64,000 nt of DNA from Actinomycetota bacterium (GTDB lineage: Bacteria; Actinomycetota; CADDZG01; JAHWKV01): positions 2,825 to 66,824 of the forward strand of contig JBPCIX010000054.1 of the NCBI GenBank assembly GCA_051005875.1. The letters run 5' to 3'. The notes beneath the pieces are model-generated. The model was not told the DNA's origin. It did no database searches and saw only the letters and a list, made by a program, of their open reading frames with translations. Positions 16,846-24,944 of this stretch are shown here, in pieces (the first letter of the stretch is position 1; each line of letters begins with the position of its first letter). The translations under genes and the position numbers were made by a program.

Positions 16846-17003
16846 TGACTACTCCTTTGGACATCGGGTCTCGCGATACTTCAAAATTTCGCAAAACCCG
16901 AGGGCTCCCTAACGGGGGCAGGGTTGGTTCCGTTGTGCCATCGTACCTTCGACTCGTCGTTGCGTCCATTCGAATCTCACTATAGGAACCCGCGCCGACA
17001 AAA

Positions 17004-18341
17004 CTAGCCGGGCTGGGAAAAAACCTTTGCTTGTCGCGAGAAAATCTCCGGTGGGCACGAAAAAGCCACCCAGGCAATGATGGCCATCAAGGCGCCCGCC
17101 CTAAGCCAAACCGACAGCTCAAACGCCGTCATCCAGTTTGACTTCGGCGTTTGGCTAACTATGTAGAAGTTAAAGCGAGACACGAAAACGGCAAGGTCGG
17201 CGGCCAAAAAGGCGCCGACCTTCAACCAGGGAACCCCAACTACAGCCATGAGGGAGGCAAGCCAAAGTGCGTACTGCGGGGAGTAGAATTTTGAGGTCAA
17301 TAGAAAGACGCACAAGATTCCCAAGCAAATTGCGACCACCGGGTAGGCTTCACCGACCCTGCGGCGCCATCCCTGCCACAACAGCCACCCGGCGCCCAGG
17401 CCGAATAGACCAATGCCCGTTAGCGAGACGAACTTTTGATAACCCGCGCCCCAGTTGAAGCTTTTGACCGTGGCCTGGCCGTGGTGGGCAACCCAGTACC
17501 AAACGGTGTCGTAATCGACAAGCCTGCGGGCATGGAACAGCCAAATGCCCAGCCAGCCGTTCGCGCCCGCTTCGCGCAGCGGTACATCGGGGTGAGCCAA
17601 TGCGAAGCCGAACGAAGCATGGGGTGAGCCGTTCGAGACAATAACCCACGGAAGATTGATCAATAGGTAAGCGACAGCGAACCCGCCGACCAGCCGGTAA
17701 GCGCCCCGGCGATCGCGGGCGGCCAGCCGCTGAAGGACCAGAGCGGGGACAAAAAACAGGGGGTAAAGCTTGGCGCTTGCCCCGGCCGCCAGGGCGATTC
17801 CGGACCACCCATCCCTTTTTCGCCCAAAGGCGGTCAGGCCCCAGGTAGCGGCTGCGACGACCAGCAGGTCCCAGTTCATAAACCCGTAAAGGACGATCGG
17901 TGTCCCCACGGCCCAAATCATCAGTCGGCGAGCGGGAACCACCGGGCGAAGAAGGCCCGTCACAACAAAGCCAAGCGGCGCCAGGAGCGCCGCGCTTAAA
18001 ACGAAGTAGGATCCATCGGACGGCGAGCGGGTAATAACCCGCAGCAATCTGCCTGCAAGATCCATGAAAAGCCCCGACAGGACCGGATACTCCAACTGCA
18101 CGTCACGATAGGGGACAAGGCCATCCCGAATGCCCCGTGGCGCCCAGAGGGGCTGGATGTCGTTGTAGCAAAGACGCCGGTACTGAAAGTTGTCGACCCA
18201 CGCATGAACGACGCATTGATTCTTGATCAAAAATCCCACAAGCAGTCCCAAGGCCGTGGCCCCGTAGGCCAGCCAGGCAGGGCTGGGGACCCCCCAATCA
18301 ATCCGCCCCCGGCGACCCGGCGTGGTGTTCCCCGCCACCAC
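17004..18341 (-). CDS. polytopic membrane protein, GT87/DUF2029-type glycosyltransferase-like (Rv0051 position)
   Basis: Multi-TM protein located between ponA and rpsF, as in mycobacterial synteny. The preferred start is the GTG at 18341, just after the ponA stop. The 510-aa ORF-track version overlaps ponA by about 190 nt. Confidence 0.6.
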   Translation of the reverse strand: MVAGNTTPGRRGRIDWGVPSPAWLAYGATALGLLVGFLIKNQCVVHAWVDNFQYRRLCYNDIQPLWAPRGIRDGLVPYRDVQLEYPVLSGLFMDLAGRLLRVITRSPSDGSYFVLSAALLAPLGFVVTGLLRPVVPARRLMIWAVGTPIVLYGFMNWDLLVVAAATWGLTAFGRKRDGWSGIALAAGASAKLYPLFFVPALVLQRLAARDRRGAYRLVGGFAVAYLLINLPWVIVSNGSPHASFGFALAHPDVPLREAGANGWLGIWLFHARRLVDYDTVWYWVAHHGQATVKSFNWGAGYQKFVSLTGIGLFGLGAGWLLWQGWRRRVGEAYPVVAICLGILCVFLLTSKFYSPQYALWLASLMAVVGVPWLKVGAFLAADLAVFVSRFNFYIVSQTPKSNWMTAFELSVWLRAGALMAIIAWVAFSCPPEIFSRQAKVFSQPG

Positions 18342-18349
18342 TCTAGGGG

Positions 18350-20566
18350 TCAGCCATTTTTCCCGGTGTCGCCCGGAAGCCCGCTGTCGGGCCCGATATT
18401 GCCGCCGATCGGCGGAATCACCGGAAGGCTGGGCGACGGCACCACCGGGATGCTCGGTGAGGGCGGCAGACTCACGTCGATCGAAATGGACGGCTCGGGG
18501 CTCGGCGAGGGGGACGGAGTCGCAACGGGAATGCAATTGGGATCCCGGGACGGCGCCGGTGAGGGTGACTCACTGGGACTGACGGCCTTGCACGGCTGCG
18601 GCGCCACATTGATTACTTCGCCGCCCAGATCCGGTTTGGAGAAGTCAGTGCCCTTCACGCCCTTGAGGGCTTCTGACATGAACCGCCGCCAAATGGTCGC
18701 CGGGAACGACCCGCCGGTTACCTTTTTACCGTGGACGTTTAACATTTCGTCCGGAATGCCGCCCTTTGTTTTAGGGGCGTAGCCCATCCACACGACTGCC
18801 GTCAGTTCAGGGGTATATCCGGCAAACCAGGCGTCTCGATGATTCTGGGTCGTGCCGGTCTTGCCGGCGGCGGGGCGGCCAATGGCCGCGCCGGTTCCGG
18901 TTCCACGTTTGATGTTCTGATTCAAGACGTGGTTGACGGTATCGGCCACGTTCTCGTCGATGGTCCGTTCGATTCTTGGTTGCCGCTCGGCGATCATCTT
19001 CCCGTCGGGAGCAATAATTTGAAGAATCGTCAGAGGATCCGGCCGCTTGCCGCGCGCCGCGAAAGTTGTGTAGGCCCTGGCCATCCCGAAAGGGGTGACA
19101 TCGGCGGTTCCGAGCGTCAAGGCGCAGCCAACATCGTTGCGGGGAATCGAGATTCCGGCCTTATCCGCCATCGCCACGAACTTCGAGGGCGTAACGACCT
19201 TGTCCATGATTTGGGCATAGATCGTGTTTACGGATTTTGTGGTGGCGCTTATAACGTCGATCGCGCCGAAAGATTCGTTCTCGAAATTGGAAACTTCCCA
19301 GGCAGTGCCGTCGGCGTTTCGGCACCTGCGTGAATCGATTTTGATCTCTGTTGGTCCCGGGAATTGCGAATTGACCGATTTGTCCTCGTCGACAAAAGCC
19401 GCCAGCGCAAAAGGCTTGAAGGCCGATCCTGCTTGACGCCCGCCCTGGTCATCGGACCGGACGTTAGCCGCCCAATTAGTCCCTCGAGCTCGCTTGACAT
19501 CGGTAACGTTGCGACCGCCAACCATGGCCCGAACCATTCCCTGCGGATCCATGGCCACCAACCCCGCTTCCGGATCGTTGTCCTTGTCGAGGGTCGAGCT
19601 GATGGCGCTTTCGGCCGCGATCTGCATCCGCAAATCCAGCGTCGTCTTGACCGTGAGCCCTCCGCCCAATATCTGCTTGTCGGTCAACCGGAACTCGTCG
19701 CGCAGCCGCCTTCTCACGTATTCCACAAAATAGGCCGCCCTTGGAGAATCCGCCTCGACCGACTGTCCCGGCTTGAAGTCTGCCGCCAGGTCTTCCCTTT
19801 TCGCCTGCTCGGCTTGGGCCTGGTCTATAAAGCCCGACCCAAGCATGTCGGCGATTACCACGGACCGAATTCGTTCGGCGTCTTGCTTTGCTCGATCAAT
19901 CTGAAAGCGCTCGGGGGACCTAATGATTCCCGCCAAATAGGCGGCTTGGCCGACGGTCAAATCCTTGGCCGGCTTCTTGAAATAGGTTTGAGCGGCCGCC
20001 TCGGCGCCGTATGCTCCTCGCCCGAAGTACACGGTGTTCAGATAAAACTCAAGGATCTTGTCTTTGGAATACTTGCGCTCAGTTTTGACCGCAAGAGTCA
20101 CTTCCTTAACTTTCCGGAAAATAGTCCGCTCGCGGCCAACCTGGGCGAAGGCGTTTCGGACATATTGCTGGGTGATCGTGGATCCTCCCTGCTGCACCCC
20201 GCCCCCGCGCACATTGGCAAAAGCGGCTCTCAGGATGCCTTTCAAACTGACGCCGGGGTGCTCGAAAAACCCACGGTCCTCGGCCGCTATGACGGCCTTT
20301 TGAAGATTCGTCGATATTTGATCGAGCGGCACGATCGAGCGGTTCTCTTCGCCATGCAGCGTGCCTATTAACTTGCCGTCGAAAGCCAGAATCTTCGAAG
20401 ACTGAGCCCCCGGCGCAGTTTCGGGCAATGGGACGTTGCCGAGGAAGCTTGCCGCCACCCCCATCGCTGCCACGGCCACTAATACGCCTGCAAACAGCCA
20501 CCAGTGCGTTTTTACAAAGTGGCCGACCTTTTGAACACGCGTGCGACGAGGGATTCTTCTGGACAT
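18350..20566 (-). CDS. ponA: class A penicillin-binding protein (transglycosylase + transpeptidase) with Pro/Ser-rich C-terminal tail
   Basis: 738 aa. Transglycosylase motifs are AEDRGFFEH, GGSTITQQ and RKVKE. Transpeptidase motifs are SAFKP and KTGTT. Confidence 0.9.
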   Translation of the reverse strand: MSRRIPRRTRVQKVGHFVKTHWWLFAGVLVAVAAMGVAASFLGNVPLPETAPGAQSSKILAFDGKLIGTLHGEENRSIVPLDQISTNLQKAVIAAEDRGFFEHPGVSLKGILRAAFANVRGGGVQQGGSTITQQYVRNAFAQVGRERTIFRKVKEVTLAVKTERKYSKDKILEFYLNTVYFGRGAYGAEAAAQTYFKKPAKDLTVGQAAYLAGIIRSPERFQIDRAKQDAERIRSVVIADMLGSGFIDQAQAEQAKREDLAADFKPGQSVEADSPRAAYFVEYVRRRLRDEFRLTDKQILGGGLTVKTTLDLRMQIAAESAISSTLDKDNDPEAGLVAMDPQGMVRAMVGGRNVTDVKRARGTNWAANVRSDDQGGRQAGSAFKPFALAAFVDEDKSVNSQFPGPTEIKIDSRRCRNADGTAWEVSNFENESFGAIDVISATTKSVNTIYAQIMDKVVTPSKFVAMADKAGISIPRNDVGCALTLGTADVTPFGMARAYTTFAARGKRPDPLTILQIIAPDGKMIAERQPRIERTIDENVADTVNHVLNQNIKRGTGTGAAIGRPAAGKTGTTQNHRDAWFAGYTPELTAVVWMGYAPKTKGGIPDEMLNVHGKKVTGGSFPATIWRRFMSEALKGVKGTDFSKPDLGGEVINVAPQPCKAVSPSESPSPAPSRDPNCIPVATPSPSPSPEPSISIDVSLPPSPSIPVVPSPSLPVIPPIGGNIGPDSGLPGDTGKNG

Positions 20567-20626
20567 TGGGTCAATCCTAGTTGACCACTAGTGGTCCGGC
20601 GCGCCAGGCGAGTCCGGCGCCTGCCA

Positions 20627-21907
20627 TTAGAGGAACCCGGTGCGCAGCCCCATGAGTGTCAGCTTTGCGGCCACTGCTAAGGCAATCGCCAGAGCCGCCC
20701 AGCCGGCAGGCATGATGCCGGGACCTAGACCTGAGCGACGAGGTAGCACCAAAACCGCCTCATAAATCGGGCCGCTCGCGGCCTGCCAGGGCCAGCGCAC
20801 CGAGAGTCCGCCGGGATCGGAGTTTGCGAGCCTAAGGCAAACCACTCCGGCTATCACCGCCCCGTATCCAAGCCAAAGCCATGCTGCCGGTTGGCCGCTT
20901 GCCACAGCGATGACAAGAGCGCAAGCAGCTGCAAGCCATGCTCCGGCCAAGGGTGGCAGCGCAGCTCGGGGCCGGTCGGCAAGCCGGCTTGCGGCCGCCG
21001 CCCACGTAGATGTGAATACGAGAGCCAGGGCCCCTGCGAACACCGGCGCAGCTATAGGGCCGAATGCAGGTGTAGTCAGATTGTAAAACCAATCTGCGAT
21101 GGGGCCGGGCAAGCGAAGCGACTGCGCTGAAGCGAAAACCTCGGTCCAGCCGGCCAGCGAAAGGGGGAGGATTGCAACCACCCAAATTGCGATAACTCTT
21201 TCGCCCAAGGCCATGGCAAGCCCGGCTAAGCCAATCGCCATTATTCCGGCAGAGGGAGCTCCGAGGGCAGCAGCGACGGCCATTGATCCGCCGGCAATTG
21301 AGAGTCCCGAGAGCCTCGACCGGAATAAGAATGCCGAAACAAGCCAAACCGCCGCTCCGCCCAATCCCAGTACAAGCGGAGCTGATGGGGCCACCCAAAA
21401 CGCAAGAACCGCGCCCTGCCACCAACCCACCGAAACCATCGCGCCGTCGATGGGAGCGTTGGAGCCTTCCTGGCGCCATAGCTTGGCGTCGCAGTCATTA
21501 GAGAAGGCCGGGGCGGCCAGGCGCAAGGACGCCGCCACGACCACAAGCCAGGCCGCCGGACCCCACGAACCCCTGGCAGGAACGTGCCAGGACAAGGCGT
21601 GAACCTGGTATGACCACATCCCCAAGGCAAGTGCAACATCAGAAAGGGCGAAGCACGCGAAGGCGGCAGGAGTCAACCTGCGAAACACTCCACCCACGCC
21701 GAGGATTAGCGTGATCGAAATGAATAGGACCAGGAAGGTAATAGGCGTTCCAAAAAATCCGATCGAAGTGGGGGAGGCCAAAGCAATAGCCACGCTCAGA
21801 ATTCCCAGAGTTGATATGCACGCCGCCCAAAAGCGACCAGACCCTCCGGCGTCGGCCCAGAAAACTACGCCCAGGGTGACGGCTAAACCGACCAGCAGCC
21901 AGGTCAT
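20627..21907 (-). CDS. hypothetical polytopic membrane protein (Ala/Gly/Leu/Trp-rich)
   Basis: The start MTWLLVGLAVTLG at 21907 forms an ATGA overlap with the stop of the upstream gene. About 12 hydrophobic segments and no recognisable motif. Confidence 0.5.
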   Translation of the reverse strand: MTWLLVGLAVTLGVVFWADAGGSGRFWAACISTLGILSVAIALASPTSIGFFGTPITFLVLFISITLILGVGGVFRRLTPAAFACFALSDVALALGMWSYQVHALSWHVPARGSWGPAAWLVVVAASLRLAAPAFSNDCDAKLWRQEGSNAPIDGAMVSVGWWQGAVLAFWVAPSAPLVLGLGGAAVWLVSAFLFRSRLSGLSIAGGSMAVAAALGAPSAGIMAIGLAGLAMALGERVIAIWVVAILPLSLAGWTEVFASAQSLRLPGPIADWFYNLTTPAFGPIAAPVFAGALALVFTSTWAAAASRLADRPRAALPPLAGAWLAAACALVIAVASGQPAAWLWLGYGAVIAGVVCLRLANSDPGGLSVRWPWQAASGPIYEAVLVLPRRSGLGPGIMPAGWAALAIALAVAAKLTLMGLRTGFL

Positions 21908-22770
21908 ACCGCCTGTGCCGCCGCCGCGATCGCAACCAGCCAGAGGAGCGCGCAAATCGCTAACGCCGGCCCCGGCCTGGCCCTTGCCGACCAGGCGTTG
22001 GTTTTGGAAACAGCCGCCACCACCACGCATGCGACGCCAAAGCTGGCGGACGCCTGCATCCCAACACTCAGAGCAAACGGTATTGCCACCAATGCGCCCA
22101 GAGCAGGCCCGGTGAGCACCCAGGACACCGCGGCCCCCGCTAGTGCGGACTCTGACCATCTAAGCATTGCGTCGGCCTTTCGGCTTGCGAAGCGCGGCGT
22201 CCGCGCCGACCAAAAAATAGCCGCAATGAGACCGCTTGCCGATGCGGCCGAAAGGCTGGCTGCGGCAGGAGTTCCGCCGGTGAGCACTAGGGGCCCCAAG
22301 ACCGTCTGCGCCGCTAAAATCTGGCGAAGACTCGAAGTGTTTAGCAGAATCGGCGGCATGAAAATACTCAAGGCCAAGACAGCGGTCCACAAATAAGGTG
22401 AATCGAGTTTGCCGAAATTTCGAATGGGACGAGGGGCTTGAGGGGCGTCGTCGGCGGGCGTATCAACGGGCCAGTTTTCTTCGGGCCGGATTTCACCCCC
22501 GGCCAACGACCTTCCGAGAATGCACGCCATGAGTGCGCCGGGGAGTATCAAGACGTTTCCCGGCACAAGCCCCAGGGCCGCCGGAATTCCGATAGCGATT
22601 CCAAAGGGCGCAAGAGCGACCACCGCGCGGCCCTGAGGCGCGGTCAACTCGAGGCGAGCCCCGGCTGGCTGCCACAAGTCTTTTCTGCGAGGCCATTCGC
22701 GCGACGTGCGGGCAGACACCAGAATCAAGAAAATGGTCCCAACAAAGCCGATTGGTACTGCCAAGAACAC
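21904..22770 (-). CDS. hypothetical polytopic membrane protein (Rv0048c-like position)
   Basis: 288 aa with multiple TM segments. Translationally coupled to the downstream membrane protein. Confidence 0.5.
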   Translation of the reverse strand: MFLAVPIGFVGTIFLILVSARTSREWPRRKDLWQPAGARLELTAPQGRAVVALAPFGIAIGIPAALGLVPGNVLILPGALMACILGRSLAGGEIRPEENWPVDTPADDAPQAPRPIRNFGKLDSPYLWTAVLALSIFMPPILLNTSSLRQILAAQTVLGPLVLTGGTPAAASLSAASASGLIAAIFWSARTPRFASRKADAMLRWSESALAGAAVSWVLTGPALGALVAIPFALSVGMQASASFGVACVVVAAVSKTNAWSARARPGPALAICALLWLVAIAAAAQAV

Positions 22771-22805
22771 GTGGGGGGCGCTAGTGACGTCCGCGATGAG
22801 CCCCT

Positions 22806-23216
22806 CTACGAGGAGGTCCGGCGGCTGCGCTGGCCGGCTGCCTTGGGGCCTGCGGGCTTAAACCGACGCCCCATTAGCTGGCAGGCGGCAAGATGGTTCC
22901 AAGCGCAATCGACGCAAACTTCAATCGTGTAGCACCGGAACTCGCCGAACTCCCGGCTAAGACTTAGTTCCCAACCTTCGGGATAAACCGGCCTGCCGGA
23001 GAGATGCTTCAACTCATCGCCGTACACATATTTGACTTGCCTCAGGCTCTGGTGAGCGCAAACCGGGCACGTCCCCTCGGTCTTTATTCCAATGTTGTGC
23101 GCAGCTCTCATGAGTTGGGGGTGGGCGTCACAGATGTCCATGCGGTCCAAAGACCCACGGCGAAATCCCTCGAGCACGGCCCGCTTGGCCAGCCTGTAGT
23201 CAATAACTCCTTGCAT
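22806..23216 (-). CDS. DUF5318-like Cys-rich protein (Rv0049 position)
   Basis: 136 aa. Reads MQGVIDYRLAKRAVL...CDAHPQLMRAA...CPVC...CVDCAWNHL. It is a conserved neighbour of ponA in Actinomycetota. Confidence 0.65.
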   Translation of the reverse strand: MQGVIDYRLAKRAVLEGFRRGSLDRMDICDAHPQLMRAAHNIGIKTEGTCPVCAHQSLRQVKYVYGDELKHLSGRPVYPEGWELSLSREFGEFRCYTIEVCVDCAWNHLAACQLMGRRFKPAGPKAAGQRSRRTSS

Positions 23217-23251
23217 GGCTCACATATTGTAGGGCTTGTGGCGAGTACTAT

Positions 23252-23635
23252 TTGAAAATGAACGAGCCCAAAGTGCGCGTCTTGTTAGTTGACGATCAAC
23301 CTGCTGTTCGATCTGAGGTTTGTTTGGTCGTCGAAGCCACTGAAGGCTTCGAGGTTGTAGGTGAAGCCAGTTCAGGAGAAGAGGCCGTTGAGATGGCGGC
23401 TGACCTTAATCCCGACTTGATACTCATGGATGTCAACTTGCCGGGAATCAACGGTCTTGAGGCCACAAAACTGATTCTCACTCATTCAAAACTTCCGATT
23501 GTTCTTGTTCTTTCAACCTATGAAGCGCAGGATTACGAGCCCAAGGCCCTGGCTCAGGGCGCTTCGGGCTACATCTCAAAATACGAATTCAGCCCTGAGA
23601 CTCTCCTGGCTCGTTGGACTGCTGCCCGGACGTAG
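23252..23635 (+). CDS. stand-alone response-regulator receiver (CheY-like)
   Basis: 127 aa. Contains VLLVDDQ, LILMDVNLPGINGLE, VLST and a conserved Lys (SKYEF). No output domain. Confidence 0.8.
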   Translation: MKMNEPKVRVLLVDDQPAVRSEVCLVVEATEGFEVVGEASSGEEAVEMAADLNPDLILMDVNLPGINGLEATKLILTHSKLPIVLVLSTYEAQDYEPKALAQGASGYISKYEFSPETLLARWTAART

Positions 23636-24944
23636 CGCTTTCGCCGGGGGTAGCGGCAGGTATTAAGAAGGCCTTAACCGGGGTCTGCCTGCCTTTAACG
23701 GTGGCGGGTTCTAAGCTCTGAGCCTCGGGCTTGTGTGCCAGCGCGTTGTAAGTGGGCTCGCTCAGTACGGTGCCGCCACCCTCGGCCCATTGCTGAAGCC
23801 GTTGGGCCAAATTGACCGTATCGCCGACCAGCGTGTATTCAAGGCGCTCTTCGGAACCGAGAAGCGCCGCCGCCACCTGACCTGTTGACAGACCGATTCC
23901 CAGCATGAAAGACGGCAGCCCAGTCTCTGCCCAAACCCGGTTGACCTCGTCTTGCGCCCGGTGCATTCCAGCGGCGGCAGCCAGGGCCCTGTCGGCGTGG
24001 TGGAGCTGGGGAAAGGGGGCGCCGAACACCGCCATCACCGCGTCGCCGACGAATTGCATTACGGTCCCCCCCTCGGCCAGAACGACCTTCGTCATTTCGG
24101 CGCGGTGCTTGCTCAATTGGCCGGCAAGTTCTGACGGGTCGACAATCTCAGCGATGGCCGAGTACCCCCTTACGTCGGACATCAAAACTGTGACGTTCAA
24201 CATCTCGGTCTCGCCTATCCGCCGGCCCTGCGTTCGAAGTTTTTCGGCGATGCCGCCCGGCAACAAGCGCGACAGGTTTTCACCGATTTCTTCGCGCTCA
24301 ACTAAAGCTTGATGCAGGACCTTGAGCCCTTTAACCGCGCCCGATGCGCCGCCGGTAGCCCCTTGGGCTACTTTCATAAACAGATCTTCAATTCGGTTTG
24401 AAATGTCGGCGGGGGTTGTATTCCTCGATGCAGCGATCGCTTTAATTGATTTGCCCTCGGCAACCAAGCGAAGCAATTCTTCATCCGAGTCGCTCAGATC
24501 GCCCTTCGCCGTCACGGGAGCAACCAGGGCTTCAACAATCTTGGGGTCCAACATCGATCCGCCCGACGCTACTTCGCGCACGGCTCTTACCAGCTGGTCG
24601 CCTTCGGCCACCCGGTCTTTCAGCAAGTAGGCATAGCCCTGGGCACCCTCTTTCAGCAAAGCCGCCGCGTATTCCGGATCGTCATGCTGCGACAGAATCA
24701 CGACGCCGGTCCCTGGGTGTAGTTTGCGAATTTCCTTGGCCGCCTCAATACCTTCTTGTTGAAAAAACGGCGGCATCCTGATGTCGGTAACCAGTACCTG
24801 GGCCCCGGCTTTTCCAGCTTTGTCGATTAGTTCAGGGTAGTCGGCGGCTGTGCCCACCACTTCAAGGTCATCTTCCATCGACAGCAAAGCCCGCACGCCC
24901 TCGCGGACAATCAAATTATCGTCGGCCAAAAAGATGCTGATCAA
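23589..24944 (-). CDS. response regulator with REC + LuxR/GerE-type HTH + class III nucleotidyl cyclase domains
   Basis: The REC domain has FLADDN and VLVTDIRMPP. The HTH is LSDSDEELLRLVAEGKSIKAIAASRNTTPADISNRIEDLFMKV. The cyclase domain has VTVLMSDVRGYS, FVGDAVMAVFGAP and LVGDTVNLAQRL. The TTG start overlaps the kinase stop (TTGA). Confidence 0.85.
   Translation of the reverse strand: MISIFLADDNLIVREGVRALLSMEDDLEVVGTAADYPELIDKAGKAGAQVLVTDIRMPPFFQQEGIEAAKEIRKLHPGTGVVILSQHDDPEYAAALLKEGAQGYAYLLKDRVAEGDQLVRAVREVASGGSMLDPKIVEALVAPVTAKGDLSDSDEELLRLVAEGKSIKAIAASRNTTPADISNRIEDLFMKVAQGATGGASGAVKGLKVLHQALVEREEIGENLSRLLPGGIAEKLRTQGRRIGETEMLNVTVLMSDVRGYSAIAEIVDPSELAGQLSKHRAEMTKVVLAEGGTVMQFVGDAVMAVFGAPFPQLHHADRALAAAAGMHRAQDEVNRVWAETGLPSFMLGIGLSTGQVAAALLGSEERLEYTLVGDTVNLAQRLQQWAEGGGTVLSEPTYNALAHKPEAQSLEPATVKGRQTPVKAFLIPAATPGESATSGQQSNEPGESQG

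Noticed and set aside
16846-17003. Possible S6:S18-binding leader RNA upstream of rpsF
   Set aside because: The 5' UTR is long (about 158 nt), but I cannot recognise the published motif by eye. A covariance-model scan is needed.
18342-18536. N-terminal 65 codons of the GT87-like ORF
   Set aside because: They overlap the 3' end of ponA. The first TM helix begins well downstream, and a GTG directly after the ponA stop is a more economical start. This remains uncertain.
19364-20371. 335-aa ORF antisense to ponA, plus many similar 60-230-aa ORFs (e.g. 17350..17916, 30495..31028, 34720..35415, 20832..21479, 61825..62565)
   Set aside because: These are shadow ORFs typical of GC-rich DNA. They lie entirely inside or antisense to genes with clear homology, and their translations are Arg/Pro/Gly-rich without motifs.
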